From: Oceanicaulis sp.
GTDB taxonomy: Bacteria; Pseudomonadota; Alphaproteobacteria; Caulobacterales; Maricaulaceae
Reading direction: 5' to 3'
DNA length: 64,000 nt
Assembly (NCBI GenBank): GCA_965284655.1
Contig: OZ260104.1
Coordinates: 2,283,395-2,347,394, forward strand
Shown here: positions 10,160-19,675 of the stretch, in pieces
How positions within the stretch are numbered: position 1 is the stretch's first letter
Layout: every line of letters starts with the position of its first letter
Notes under the pieces: generated by a model
Told to the model about the DNA's origin: nothing
The model's input: the letters and a program-made list of their open reading frames with translations, nothing else
Databases searched by the model: none
Position numbers and translations under genes: made by a program

Positions 10160-11524
10160 TCAGCTTCCTCGGGACAGCGTTTCGCGGCGCATGACTTGGG
10201 CGAGCCAAAGGAAAAGCGCGATTGCAATGAGATAGAAGGGTATCAGCGTATACATCGCCACTTGAAGCGAGTTGTCGGGGTGGGCGGTCCTGAAGAAATC
10301 GCTCGCCGCTCCAAGATAGGTCGGCCCGAGCCCTAGACCGATCAGGTTCATGACAAGTAGAAGGAGCGCACCAGACAGAACACGCTGGCTGGGTTTCACC
10401 TCCTCTTGAACCAGGGCGACCGACGGCGACAGGTAGAAATAGTTGCAGATCGTCGGCACGGTCAGGAAGGCCATCGCCAGCGGCCAGGTCGGCGCCCATA
10501 CAAAGGCGATGAAGAACGGCAGGGAAATCGCCAGACCCGCCGCCGGGACATAAGCGTAGGCGGTCTTTGAATACTGGCCGAGCCAATCAACAAGACGGCC
10601 GGACAGATACATGCCGCCGCTGACCCCGAATCCCAGGAGCAAGGCGTACCACAAGGCCACATCGGGCAGGGTCATGCCCTTTTCGCGCATCAGGAACAAG
10701 ACCGTGAAATTGATCACCGCATAGGTCACGAATTGCGTCGCGCCGCTGGCCAGCGCGATGAGCCGCAATGACGGGTGCGCGAAGAACATCCGGAATGTCG
10801 AAAAGAAACTCTCCGTCTGCGCTGCTTCCGCAGGCCGAGCGATCGGTTCGGGGGCCGCAGGGGCAGCAGAGGCGATGTCAGCGGCGCCGCGCTTGGGCTC
10901 GCGCACAAAGATGAGGACCGCCAGACCGGCGCCGACGCCGATGGCGCCGATCGCGATGAAGGCGTCTCGCCAGCTGAAGGCCGCCGCGATGGACGCTCCG
11001 AAGGCCACGCCCAGCGCCGCCCCAATGGGAGGGCCCATATTGTACAAGCCAAGCGCCCGGCCCCGCTTACCGGAAGGGAAATAGTCTGAAATGATTGCGT
11101 AGGAGGGCGGCACGCCGCCGGCCTCGCCGACACCCACCGCCATCCGCGCGATCACGAGCTGGGGATAGCTGCGGGCAAGGCCGCAGGCGATCGTCGCCGC
11201 ACTCCACAACATGCACGCGATCCCGACCACCGCGACGCGGTTGGTCTTGTCCGCCAGCCACCCCACCGGGATTGCAATGAGGCAATAGAAGAGCGCGAAA
11301 TACAGGCCCGTGATCAGGCCTAGCTGGCCGTCAGAGACACCGAGCTCGGCCTGGATCGGAGCCGCCAGGATAGACAGGAGCTGGCGGTCGAGAAAGTTCA
11401 GAACATAGACGAAGGTCAGGATTCCGAGAACCCACCACGCCCGCCCGCCGGCTTTGGCCGGAGGGCGGGCGGCGGCTTCAGCAAGCGGGTCAGTCGCTTG
11501 GATGGGAGACGGATGATCGGTCAT
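10160..11524 (-). CDS. MFS transporter, Spinster-like
   Basis: 454 aa. NFLDRQLLSILAAPIQ and GVGEAGGVPPSYAIISDYF are typical of this family. Its stop is 2 nt from the esterase start. Confidence 0.85.
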   Translation of the reverse strand: MTDHPSPIQATDPLAEAAARPPAKAGGRAWWVLGILTFVYVLNFLDRQLLSILAAPIQAELGVSDGQLGLITGLYFALFYCLIAIPVGWLADKTNRVAVVGIACMLWSAATIACGLARSYPQLVIARMAVGVGEAGGVPPSYAIISDYFPSGKRGRALGLYNMGPPIGAALGVAFGASIAAAFSWRDAFIAIGAIGVGAGLAVLIFVREPKRGAADIASAAPAAPEPIARPAEAAQTESFFSTFRMFFAHPSLRLIALASGATQFVTYAVINFTVLFLMREKGMTLPDVALWYALLLGFGVSGGMYLSGRLVDWLGQYSKTAYAYVPAAGLAISLPFFIAFVWAPTWPLAMAFLTVPTICNYFYLSPSVALVQEEVKPSQRVLSGALLLLVMNLIGLGLGPTYLGAASDFFRTAHPDNSLQVAMYTLIPFYLIAIALFLWLAQVMRRETLSRGS

Positions 11525-11527
11525 CGA

Positions 11528-13810
11528 TCAGTGGCGATAGTGGAGGCGGATGCCGATGGTGCGCGGCCGCAGCGTGCTAAAGCGTGCGTCAGCGAAACCC
11601 TCGGGATGGGCGTAGATCAACGAGTCATCGTTGAGCGCGTTCTCCACATAGAGCGTCGCTGTCCATCGGTCGCCAATGAAGGCGCCGACCGAGCCGCTGA
11701 CTTCTTCATAGCCCTCAACCTGGGCGTAGGTTGGCGAGGGCGTCCCCGGCCGGCCTGGAACGAAGGGGAACTGGTTCGGGAAACCATCGACATGGCGCGC
11801 GTTGACTGACGCAAACCCGGTCACAGTCTCGGTTATCGGCCGGGTGTAGCTCAGATAGACCGACCCTTGGAACTCCGGGAAGGCAAGCTGAATGCCTTCG
11901 ATGGCGCCGGAGATCGCAGCCTCGGCAGGAGTCAGGTCATCGACCTCTGTCCGGTTGAAGGAGGCGTTTGCGCCGATGTTGAGCCCGTCGACCGGCGTGG
12001 CGTTCACCTCGAACTCGATACCTTGGCTCGTCGCGCCCCCGATATTGGTGGCGAACTGAACCTGGTCGGAGACCCGGTTGCCCTGGACCTGAATGTTATT
12101 CCAGTTGATGTGATAGGCCGCGACGTTGGCCGACAGGCGGCGGTCGAACCAGTTACCCTTCACACCGATCTCGAAGTTCTCAACTTCATCCGATGACGCT
12201 CCGTCGGGTATGATCAGATCCGTGGGATCGACAGTGCTGGGAAGGCCGCCCCTGGCGTTGACCACCGGGGTGCGGAACCCTGTCGAGTAGGTGCCATAGA
12301 ACGTGGCGTTGTCGACCGGGCGGTAGGACAGGCTGAACCGGTAAGACGGCCCTTCCTCCTCTCCCTTGGCGCCGGCGGCGGCGACGGTCGGCGTGACGGT
12401 CAGCGGTCCGGACAGCCCGAGTAGCGCGCGGTTGAGATAGTTGCTGGAGTAACCGCCGGCTTTGTTGAAACCCTGCACGTCAAGTGAGCCGTAGCGCAGC
12501 CCGCCTGTTAGCCAGAGATTGTCGCTAAACCGATAGGTCAGCTCGCCGAAAGCGGCGATTTCATGAGACACCGAATAGCTCGCCGAGCGCGAATAGTATT
12601 CGTCGGGCAGGCCGGTCATTCCGAAGAAGTCGAGGAACGCCTGGTCAGAGCGGTAGTTGAAGTCAACGTCGCGACGCTTCCAGTAGTAGAAGCCGCCCAC
12701 GATCCAGTCCCAACGCCCGCCGGCCTCGGATACCAGCCGGACTTCTTCAACAAACGCTTCGTCGTAAGCCAGCGCATCGAGCGCGAAGGGAACGAAGCCG
12801 CCGAAAGTGGCGTCAAGATCGATGATGAATTCCTGATCGTACAGCGAATAGGTCGACGAACTTGTAAGATTTGCAAAGCCGAAATCATGCTCGATCGTTG
12901 CGTTGTAGGACTGAAGATCAGCACCAAAAATATCCGGGCGGCGGGTCCGCCGCTGGTCCCGGTTGGTTCCAAGATTGGGGTTGATCAGCTGTGAATCTTC
13001 CGGGCTGGCGTTTTCGATCAACGCCATCAGACGCACCGAGGTATTGCCGCCCGGCTCGAACTGCAGGATCGCACGCCCGCCGGAATTCACATTGGTGTTG
13101 GCGTTTTCGACACCGGTGCCGATGTTGTCCACCCAACCTTCTTCATCGCGGTAGAAGCCGACCAGGCGAAGCGCAAGCTTGTCCTCGACCAGCGGCATGT
13201 TCACCATCGCGTTATAGCGCTGGCGCAGTCCGCCGCCATCGGTTGTCCCGAAATCCACTAGGGCTGCAGCCTCGAAGTCATCCAGGTCAGGGTCGCGGGT
13301 CAAAATCCGCACCGCGCCCGCCAGGGAGCCCGAGCCGAACAGCGTCCCTTGGGGACCGCGCAGAAACTCTACGCGCTCGACATCAAACAGGGTTGAGTTG
13401 ATCTGGGTCGAGTTTCCGTTCGCAGAAATGGGCAATTCGTCGATGTAGACCGCGACGGTGTTTTGAAGATTGGCGCCATATCCGTTGGTCGCAAGACCGC
13501 GCACCGAGAATGTATTGAAATTGGTGGTGGCGCGATTCAGCACGGCGCCCGGCGTTTCCAGAGCCAGCCCCTCATAGCCGACGATGCCCTTGGCCGTCAG
13601 TTCCTCCTGAGAGAAGGCCGTGACACTGATGGGGATGTCCTGGACATCCATTTCGCGGCGGGTCGCCGTGACGACGATGGTGTCACGACCATCCGACATC
13701 GAACGATCCTGGTTTTCAGACGCTTCATTCGGTTCCGCCTGCGCCATCGCGGCGCAAGGCAAGGCGAAAAGTGCGACAGAAGATACGGTCGCGCAAAGCA
13801 CGTTTTTCAT
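11528..13810 (-). CDS. TonB-dependent outer-membrane receptor
   Basis: 760 aa. Signal peptide, then plug region DTIVVTATRRE...DIPISVTAF, a long beta-barrel, and 3 nt before the MFS start. Confidence 0.9.
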   Translation of the reverse strand: MKNVLCATVSSVALFALPCAAMAQAEPNEASENQDRSMSDGRDTIVVTATRREMDVQDIPISVTAFSQEELTAKGIVGYEGLALETPGAVLNRATTNFNTFSVRGLATNGYGANLQNTVAVYIDELPISANGNSTQINSTLFDVERVEFLRGPQGTLFGSGSLAGAVRILTRDPDLDDFEAAALVDFGTTDGGGLRQRYNAMVNMPLVEDKLALRLVGFYRDEEGWVDNIGTGVENANTNVNSGGRAILQFEPGGNTSVRLMALIENASPEDSQLINPNLGTNRDQRRTRRPDIFGADLQSYNATIEHDFGFANLTSSSTYSLYDQEFIIDLDATFGGFVPFALDALAYDEAFVEEVRLVSEAGGRWDWIVGGFYYWKRRDVDFNYRSDQAFLDFFGMTGLPDEYYSRSASYSVSHEIAAFGELTYRFSDNLWLTGGLRYGSLDVQGFNKAGGYSSNYLNRALLGLSGPLTVTPTVAAAGAKGEEEGPSYRFSLSYRPVDNATFYGTYSTGFRTPVVNARGGLPSTVDPTDLIIPDGASSDEVENFEIGVKGNWFDRRLSANVAAYHINWNNIQVQGNRVSDQVQFATNIGGATSQGIEFEVNATPVDGLNIGANASFNRTEVDDLTPAEAAISGAIEGIQLAFPEFQGSVYLSYTRPITETVTGFASVNARHVDGFPNQFPFVPGRPGTPSPTYAQVEGYEEVSGSVGAFIGDRWTATLYVENALNDDSLIYAHPEGFADARFSTLRPRTIGIRLHYRH

Positions 13811-13892
13811 AGCGTTTTCCTCCCCTGGCCGGTCTATGCCAGCCTGATTATTGTGATCGAATCTTATGTCGGAGTTTTTTCACTGACAAGCG

Positions 13893-13906
13893 CGATAATA
13901 TTATCG
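13893..13906. promoter_or_regulatory. perfect 14-bp palindrome CGATAATATTATCG (Fur-hexamer-like) in the TBDR-A / TetR-A divergent region
   Basis: Read directly. It sits 83 nt upstream of the TBDR start in an AT-rich 250-bp intergenic region. GATAAT/ATTATC are the Fur-box hexamers. Confidence 0.35.
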
Positions 13907-13968
13907 TTCTGTAGAAGATATTGGATGAGCGGACATCAAGAATATGATTAAAAAGAGTTTTTTAATTC

Positions 13969-13980
13969 ACTCACACCGGA
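13969..13980. promoter_or_regulatory. 12-mer ACTCACACCGGA, copy 1 (candidate TetR-A operator)
   Basis: An identical 12-mer recurs at 14848..14859. This copy is 115 nt upstream of the TetR ATG. Confidence 0.35.
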
Positions 13981-14094
13981 TAGAAAAATTGTCTCGCCGT
14001 CTTATGTCACACAATCCTGGTTGTTTCCGCCGCGCACATCCGGCTATGACAACGGGAGGGCTTGGCGACAATCGACCGAAAGCAGGGATACACA

Positions 14095-14796
14095 ATGACC
14101 GGAGCAGAACATCGCAATCCCCGTCGCAAACGCCAAACCAAGGCTGAAGCGCGCGCCGAAACCACGCTCCAAATACTGGACGCCGCAGAATACCTGTTCT
14201 CACGCCACGGACTGCACGGCGTCACGCTGAAAGACGTCGCCAAACACGTCGGCGTGCACCACACGCTCCTGAACTACTATTTCGACGACAAGCAACAGCT
14301 GTTCGACCAGGTCTTCGCGCGACGTGCGGCGGTGACCAGCGAACGCCGGATGAAAATGCTGGATGCCTACGAACTGGAGGCAAAGGGACAGCCGACTGTG
14401 AAAGGTGCGCTTCGGGCGTTCCTCGACACCGACCTCGATCTCTATATCGAAGGTGGTGAAGGCTGGCGCAATTATGGCGCGCTCAGCGCTCAGGTGGCGA
14501 ACACTCCGCAATGGGGCGCGGATATGATGGACCAACATTTCGACCCGGTCGTTCTGCGTCTGATCGGTCTGTTGAAGAAGGCTCTGCCCCATGCGGCCGA
14601 GGAAGACATTTTTTGGGGGTACCATTTTGTCAGCGGCGCCTTGATGCTGACGCTCGCGCGCACCGGGCGCATCGACAAGCTGTCCAACGGATTGTGCAAT
14701 TCGGATGACTACGCGGCTGTCAAAGCGCGCATGACTCGCTTCATGGCCGCAGGCCTTGAAGAAATCTGCGGAGAGGGCGCGCAGGTCGCCGACTGA
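14095..14796 (+). CDS. TetR/AcrR-family transcriptional regulator (module A)
   Basis: HTH region LFSRHGLHGVTLKDVAKHVGVHHTLLNYYF. ATG at 14095 (the ORF track starts at a TTG at 14062). Paralogous to the TetR at 30001..30705. Confidence 0.85.
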   Translation: MTGAEHRNPRRKRQTKAEARAETTLQILDAAEYLFSRHGLHGVTLKDVAKHVGVHHTLLNYYFDDKQQLFDQVFARRAAVTSERRMKMLDAYELEAKGQPTVKGALRAFLDTDLDLYIEGGEGWRNYGALSAQVANTPQWGADMMDQHFDPVVLRLIGLLKKALPHAAEEDIFWGYHFVSGALMLTLARTGRIDKLSNGLCNSDDYAAVKARMTRFMAAGLEEICGEGAQVAD

Positions 14797-14847
14797 GGTC
14801 GAGCCCGTCCGGTTTCCGACTTGGACACAGGCTCGGTTTATGTATTA

Positions 14848-14863
14848 ACTCACACCGGAGTGA
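14848..14863. promoter_or_regulatory. 12-mer ACTCACACCGGA, copy 2, embedded in the near-palindrome TCACACCGGAGTGA
   Basis: Lies 52 nt after the TetR stop and about 120 nt upstream of the MHS transporter start. Six of seven half-site positions are symmetric around CCGG. Confidence 0.4.
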
Positions 14864-14981
14864 ATATTATTGATCTAAGTTTGAGCATGAGCGGACCGTC
14901 AGAGTCCGCCCTGCCAGACCCCCAGCCAGGCGCCGCCAGATAGCGCCATACAACGGGCCGGGGCACAGGGGAGGAAAGCTG

Positions 14982-16649
14982 ATGGCCGCCGATCGGGGCG
15001 CGGAGGACTCCGCGCATGCACTCAAAACTAGCGATACGAAAGTCATCGCGGCCGCCTCACTCGGCACCATGTTCGAGTGGTTCGATTTCTACCTTTATGG
15101 CCTGCTCGCGAGCTACATATCGGTCCAGTTCTTTTCGGGGGTCAACGAAACCACCGGCTTCATCCTTGCGCTGGCGGCTTTCGCAGCGGGTTTCGCGATC
15201 CGGCCGCTGGGCTCCATAGTCTTTGGCCGGATCGGCGACATTGTCGGCCGAAAATACACGTTTCTGGTGACGATGGGTCTGATGGGTCTGTCGACGTTCG
15301 CGGTCGGTTTCCTTCCGAGCTACGAGACGATCGGCATCGCCGCGCCCATCATCCTCGTCACGTTGCGGCTGATCCAGGGGCTCGCGGTCGGCGGCGAGTA
15401 CGGGGGAGCGGTGACCTATGTCGCCGAACACGCCCCCCAGGGCAAACGAGGCTTCTACACCAGCTTCATCCAGACCACGGCGACGATCGGGCTGTTTGTC
15501 GCGCTGCTGCTTGTCATAGGATTGCGCGCCCTGATCGGCGAGGACGCGTTCGCCGAATGGGGGTGGCGCATACCCTTCTTGTCTTCAATCCTGCTCTTGA
15601 CGATTTCGCTCTGGATCCGCTTCCAGCTCAGCGAAAGCCCGACCTTCAAGAAGATGAAGGCCGAGGGCAGAACTTCGAAAGCGCCCCTGGCCGAAGCATT
15701 CGGGCGCTGGTCGAACCTCAAATATGTATTGGTGGCCTTGCTGGGCGGCGTCGCGGGCCAGGCCGTCATTGGCTATACTGGCCAGTTCTACACCCTGTTC
15801 TTTCTGGAACGGATCGCCGATATCGACCCGGCGACCTCGAATATTCTCCTGGTGATCGCACTGATCATCGCCACACCCACCTTCGTGTTCTTCGGGTGGC
15901 TGAGCGACAAGATCGGCCGCAAGACCATCATCATGACCGCGTGCGTACTGGCGGTGTTCACCCTGTTCCCGCTGTTCAAGGTCTTAACCTGGGCGGCCAA
16001 CCCGGACATGGCGGATGCGGTTCGCAACGCCCCGGTCACCGTTGTTGCAGACCATGACGAGTGTTCGCTTCAGTTTGATCCGATCGGGCGTAACACGTTC
16101 GACGAATCCAGCTGCGACATCGCCAAGGCCTACCTTGCCCGCAACGGCATCAATTACGCGAACGCTGACGCTCCTGCAGGGACCATCGCCACGGTCCGGA
16201 TCGGGGATGTCATACTGTCAACGCCGGACCCCGCCGGTCTCAGCGCCGCAGAGCGCACAAGCGCCGTCGCAGAATTCCGCGCCGAGGTCGGCGATGCGCT
16301 TGTCGCCGCCGGCTATCCCAGCGAAGCCGACCCGGACAGCATTAACAGGCCGCTCGTCATCGCGGTCATCGTGGCCATCATGCTTATGGTCACGGCTGCC
16401 TATGCGCCGCTTGCGGCCATGCTCGTCGAGCTGTTCCCGGCGCGGATTCGCTACACTTCAATGTCGCTGCCCTATCACATCGGGAATGGCTGGTTCGGAG
16501 GTTTCCTGCCCACGGTCGCCTTCGCCATGGTCGCCGCCACGGGCAATATCTATTACGGCCTCTGGTATCCGGTGCTGATCGCGGGGATGACCGCTGTGGT
16601 CGGCATCCTCTTCCTGCCGGAGACCTTCAGGAGAAACATCGATGAGTGA
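14982..16649 (+). CDS. MFS transporter, metabolite:H+ symporter (MHS) family, with a ~115-aa insert
   Basis: MFEWFDFYLYG and GRIGDIVGRK motifs. An extra soluble segment (aa ~339-456, nt 15996..16349) sits between predicted TM9 and TM10. Confidence 0.85.
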   Translation: MAADRGAEDSAHALKTSDTKVIAAASLGTMFEWFDFYLYGLLASYISVQFFSGVNETTGFILALAAFAAGFAIRPLGSIVFGRIGDIVGRKYTFLVTMGLMGLSTFAVGFLPSYETIGIAAPIILVTLRLIQGLAVGGEYGGAVTYVAEHAPQGKRGFYTSFIQTTATIGLFVALLLVIGLRALIGEDAFAEWGWRIPFLSSILLLTISLWIRFQLSESPTFKKMKAEGRTSKAPLAEAFGRWSNLKYVLVALLGGVAGQAVIGYTGQFYTLFFLERIADIDPATSNILLVIALIIATPTFVFFGWLSDKIGRKTIIMTACVLAVFTLFPLFKVLTWAANPDMADAVRNAPVTVVADHDECSLQFDPIGRNTFDESSCDIAKAYLARNGINYANADAPAGTIATVRIGDVILSTPDPAGLSAAERTSAVAEFRAEVGDALVAAGYPSEADPDSINRPLVIAVIVAIMLMVTAAYAPLAAMLVELFPARIRYTSMSLPYHIGNGWFGGFLPTVAFAMVAATGNIYYGLWYPVLIAGMTAVVGILFLPETFRRNIDE

Positions 16650-17955
16650 CCGCGCCTCACAGGGCGGGGCGACCCGGCGCGGCTTCCTGGCGGCGACGGC
16701 TGCCGCTCCGCTCGCCGCCGGCGTCGCGCCGCCCGCGGTCGCCCGGATTGACCCTGATCAGGTCGCGCTGGACCTGCAGCGCTATATCGATTTCGGCGCC
16801 AAGCAGTCTGGCGGGCCGGGCGACGAGGCCTGCGGCGCCTGGCTCCAGTCAGAGCTTGAGGCCGCAGGCTTCAGCACCGAACGCCAGTATTTCTCCGCGC
16901 CGTGGTTCGAGGCTTCGTCCGCCGAGCTGACGGCCGGCGGTGTCCGAGCGCCGGTCTGGCCGCAACCCATCGTGCAGACCACGCCGCCCGGCGGACTAAC
17001 CGCACCGATTGTGCGCGTCGACGCAAAAGGGCGCGCCGCGGCGCCTCTGGAGGGTGCGATCGCGCTCATTGATCTGTCCCATGCGCGCTGGTCGTCCATG
17101 TTCTGGCCTGGTGTCGCCGGCCCGGTTGCCGCGGCCTTCCAAGGCGGCGCTGCAGCCTGCGTGATCGTCACCAATGGTCCGAGCGGCAAGATCATCGCCC
17201 TCAATACGGACGGCCGCGAGCCGCTCTATCCAGACCCCATGGCCCTCATCGCCCCTGACGAAGCCGCCTCGGCTTTCGCCGCAGCGAGCGAGGGTCGCGA
17301 GGCGACCCTGACGGTGGCGGGGCAGGGGGGGAGGCGCCAGGCATTTAACCTGGTTGGACGCCTTGATCGGGGACGTGGCCGCTGGCTTGTTGTCTCAACG
17401 CCTCGGTCAGGCTGGTTCACCTGCGCGGCGGAGCGCGGCGGCGGCGTGGCGGCCTGGCTTCATATCGCACGCTGGGCGGCGCGGTCCGCCCCGGACTACG
17501 ACATCGCGCTGGTCTGCAATTCCGGGCACGAATACCAGTATCTCGGCGCTGAGGAATTGTTGCACTCCGTCGCCCCCAGACCGGAGCAAACCGCATTCTG
17601 GCTTCATCTGGGCGCCAATCTCGCCGCACACGACTGGCATGAGGGCGTCGGCGAAATTCGCCCCCTCCCGGGCACGGACTCCCAGCGTTATCTCGTGGTC
17701 AGCCCGCCTCTTGTTGAGGCCGCGCGTGAAGAGTTCGCCGGGCTCGCCGGGCTTGAAGCCGCCTATTCAAGCGAGATCCTATCGGCAGGTGAGCTGACCA
17801 ATGTGATTGAAGCCGGCTATGCGCCTGTCGCAGGCGTGTTCGGCGTGCATCGCTTTCACCACGTTCAAGACGACGATGAACGCTGTGTCTCTGCAGCCGC
17901 CGTTGCGCGGACCACCGCAGCGTTCCAGCGTCTTCTTGAACGCGCGCTTCTATGA
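16642..17955 (+). CDS. Tat-exported protein, possibly a divergent PA-domain/M28-peptidase-like scaffold
   Basis: Twin-arginine motif TRRGFLAATAAAPLAAG. Overlaps the MHS gene end by 8 nt. The M28-like layout is recognised only loosely by eye, without clear metal ligands. Confidence 0.5.
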   Translation: MSDRASQGGATRRGFLAATAAAPLAAGVAPPAVARIDPDQVALDLQRYIDFGAKQSGGPGDEACGAWLQSELEAAGFSTERQYFSAPWFEASSAELTAGGVRAPVWPQPIVQTTPPGGLTAPIVRVDAKGRAAAPLEGAIALIDLSHARWSSMFWPGVAGPVAAAFQGGAAACVIVTNGPSGKIIALNTDGREPLYPDPMALIAPDEAASAFAAASEGREATLTVAGQGGRRQAFNLVGRLDRGRGRWLVVSTPRSGWFTCAAERGGGVAAWLHIARWAARSAPDYDIALVCNSGHEYQYLGAEELLHSVAPRPEQTAFWLHLGANLAAHDWHEGVGEIRPLPGTDSQRYLVVSPPLVEAAREEFAGLAGLEAAYSSEILSAGELTNVIEAGYAPVAGVFGVHRFHHVQDDDERCVSAAAVARTTAAFQRLLERALL

Positions 17956-19628
17956 GGCTTTTCATGCGCTATTCGACCAGCATCGCCCGCCTCTTCCTTT
18001 GCCCATTCTCGATGGTTTGCCTCGCGCTGATTGCTGGATGCGCGGCGATCTCTACGCCCAGGCCCACCGGCGCCGGCCCGAAGGCGCAGATTGCGACCGG
18101 ACAGATTGAAGGCGTCCGCGACGCCGCTATCAATGTGTTCAAGGCAATCCCCTACGCCGCCCCGCCTGTGGACGACCTGCGCTGGCGCCCGCCCCAGCCG
18201 CCCGAGGCATGGGAGGGTGTTCGCAGCGCAACGGGATTCGGTCCCAGCTGTATCCAGCCGGCCATTCCGCGCACCAGTCTCTACTTTGATCCGCCGCGTT
18301 CGACCTCTGAAGACTGCTTGACGCTCAATATCTGGGCGCCGGAAAGCGCGACTGTCGCGCCGGTGATTGTCTGGATCCATGGCGGGTCGCTGCGCATCGG
18401 CGGCAGCGCCCAGCCCTTCTATGACGGCGCCGCTTTCGCCGAGCGCGGCATCGTCTTTGTGTCGATCAATTACCGGCTCGGCGTTCTGGGCTGGATGGCT
18501 CACCCGGAGCTCACTGCGGAATCTCCGGACCGGGCCTCGGGAAACTACGGCCTGCTTGATCAGATCGCGGCCCTTCAATGGGTCCGTGACAACATTTCCG
18601 TGTTCGGCGGCGATCCCGGCCAGGTGACGGTGATGGGCGAATCCGCCGGCGCGCTCAGCGTGAGTTATCTCCTGACCAGTCCGCTGGCCGAAGGCCTGTT
18701 TCAGCGCGCCATCGCGCAGAGCCCGAATATCCGCGCCGTGCCGGAACTCTCTTCGCCGGCCTTTGGTCTGCCGCCGGCCGAAGCGATCGGCGCCTCAATC
18801 AGCGCCGCGCTCGGCGCCCGCTCCATCAGCGAGCTACGCGCGATGAGCGCGCAGACCCTCACCAACGCGACGACCCAGGGGCGCTTCATCGCGCAAGGCA
18901 CGATCGACGGCTGGTCCCTGCCGGTGCAGATCGTCGAAGCCTTCGAGCAGGACCGCCAGGCGCGCGTACCGATTCTGGCGGGCTTCAATAGCGGGGAGCT
19001 TCGGTCCCAGAGCGTGTTCCTGCCGGAGGTTCCTGACACGCAGGAGGAGTATGAACGCGCCATTCGGTGCGGGTATGAGGATCTGGCTGACGATTTTCTT
19101 GCCATCTATCCCGCGTCCAACATGGCGCAGTCGATACTCGATACCTTCCGCGACGCGATCTATGGCTGGGCGGTTGAACGCATGGTCCATGATCAATCCG
19201 TGGCCGGATCACCATCCTATCTCTACATATTCGACCATTGTTACCCGGCGGCGCGCGCGCGCGATCTTTGCGCCTTCCACGCCAGCGAACTGCCCTACGT
19301 GTTCGGCCAAATCGGTGAGGATGACGCCTATTCACCCAACTGGCCTGTCCCCGGCGGCGATCGGGACGCCGCGCTATCACAGGCACTCATCGACTACTGG
19401 TCGTCTTTCGCCGCGACAGGCGTCCCGGTTAGCCCGTCCGGACCCGATTGGGCACCCTACGAAAAAAATCAGTCTTTCATGCGGTTTCAAGATGAGCCTG
19501 TCGCTGATCGCGACCCGGCGCCGGGCATGTTCGAGTTGCAGGAAGAATGGTTTGGCCGCCTCCGAGCAGCCGGCGAGCCCTATTTCATCAATGTAGGCGT
19601 AAATGTGGGAGACCGTTGCGCCAGCTAG
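17952..19628 (+). CDS. type-B carboxylesterase/lipase, probable lipoprotein
   Basis: ATGA overlap with the upstream gene. Lipobox LIAGC, WIHGGSL and GESAGA. Paralogous to 8499..10157, including the C-terminal PGMFEL...NVGV tail. Confidence 0.85.
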   Translation: MRLFMRYSTSIARLFLCPFSMVCLALIAGCAAISTPRPTGAGPKAQIATGQIEGVRDAAINVFKAIPYAAPPVDDLRWRPPQPPEAWEGVRSATGFGPSCIQPAIPRTSLYFDPPRSTSEDCLTLNIWAPESATVAPVIVWIHGGSLRIGGSAQPFYDGAAFAERGIVFVSINYRLGVLGWMAHPELTAESPDRASGNYGLLDQIAALQWVRDNISVFGGDPGQVTVMGESAGALSVSYLLTSPLAEGLFQRAIAQSPNIRAVPELSSPAFGLPPAEAIGASISAALGARSISELRAMSAQTLTNATTQGRFIAQGTIDGWSLPVQIVEAFEQDRQARVPILAGFNSGELRSQSVFLPEVPDTQEEYERAIRCGYEDLADDFLAIYPASNMAQSILDTFRDAIYGWAVERMVHDQSVAGSPSYLYIFDHCYPAARARDLCAFHASELPYVFGQIGEDDAYSPNWPVPGGDRDAALSQALIDYWSSFAATGVPVSPSGPDWAPYEKNQSFMRFQDEPVADRDPAPGMFELQEEWFGRLRAAGEPYFINVGVNVGDRCAS

Positions 19629-19675
19629 AAACCGATTGCTTCAATAGATGAGCCGACCTGCGGCCCAGGCTTGGA

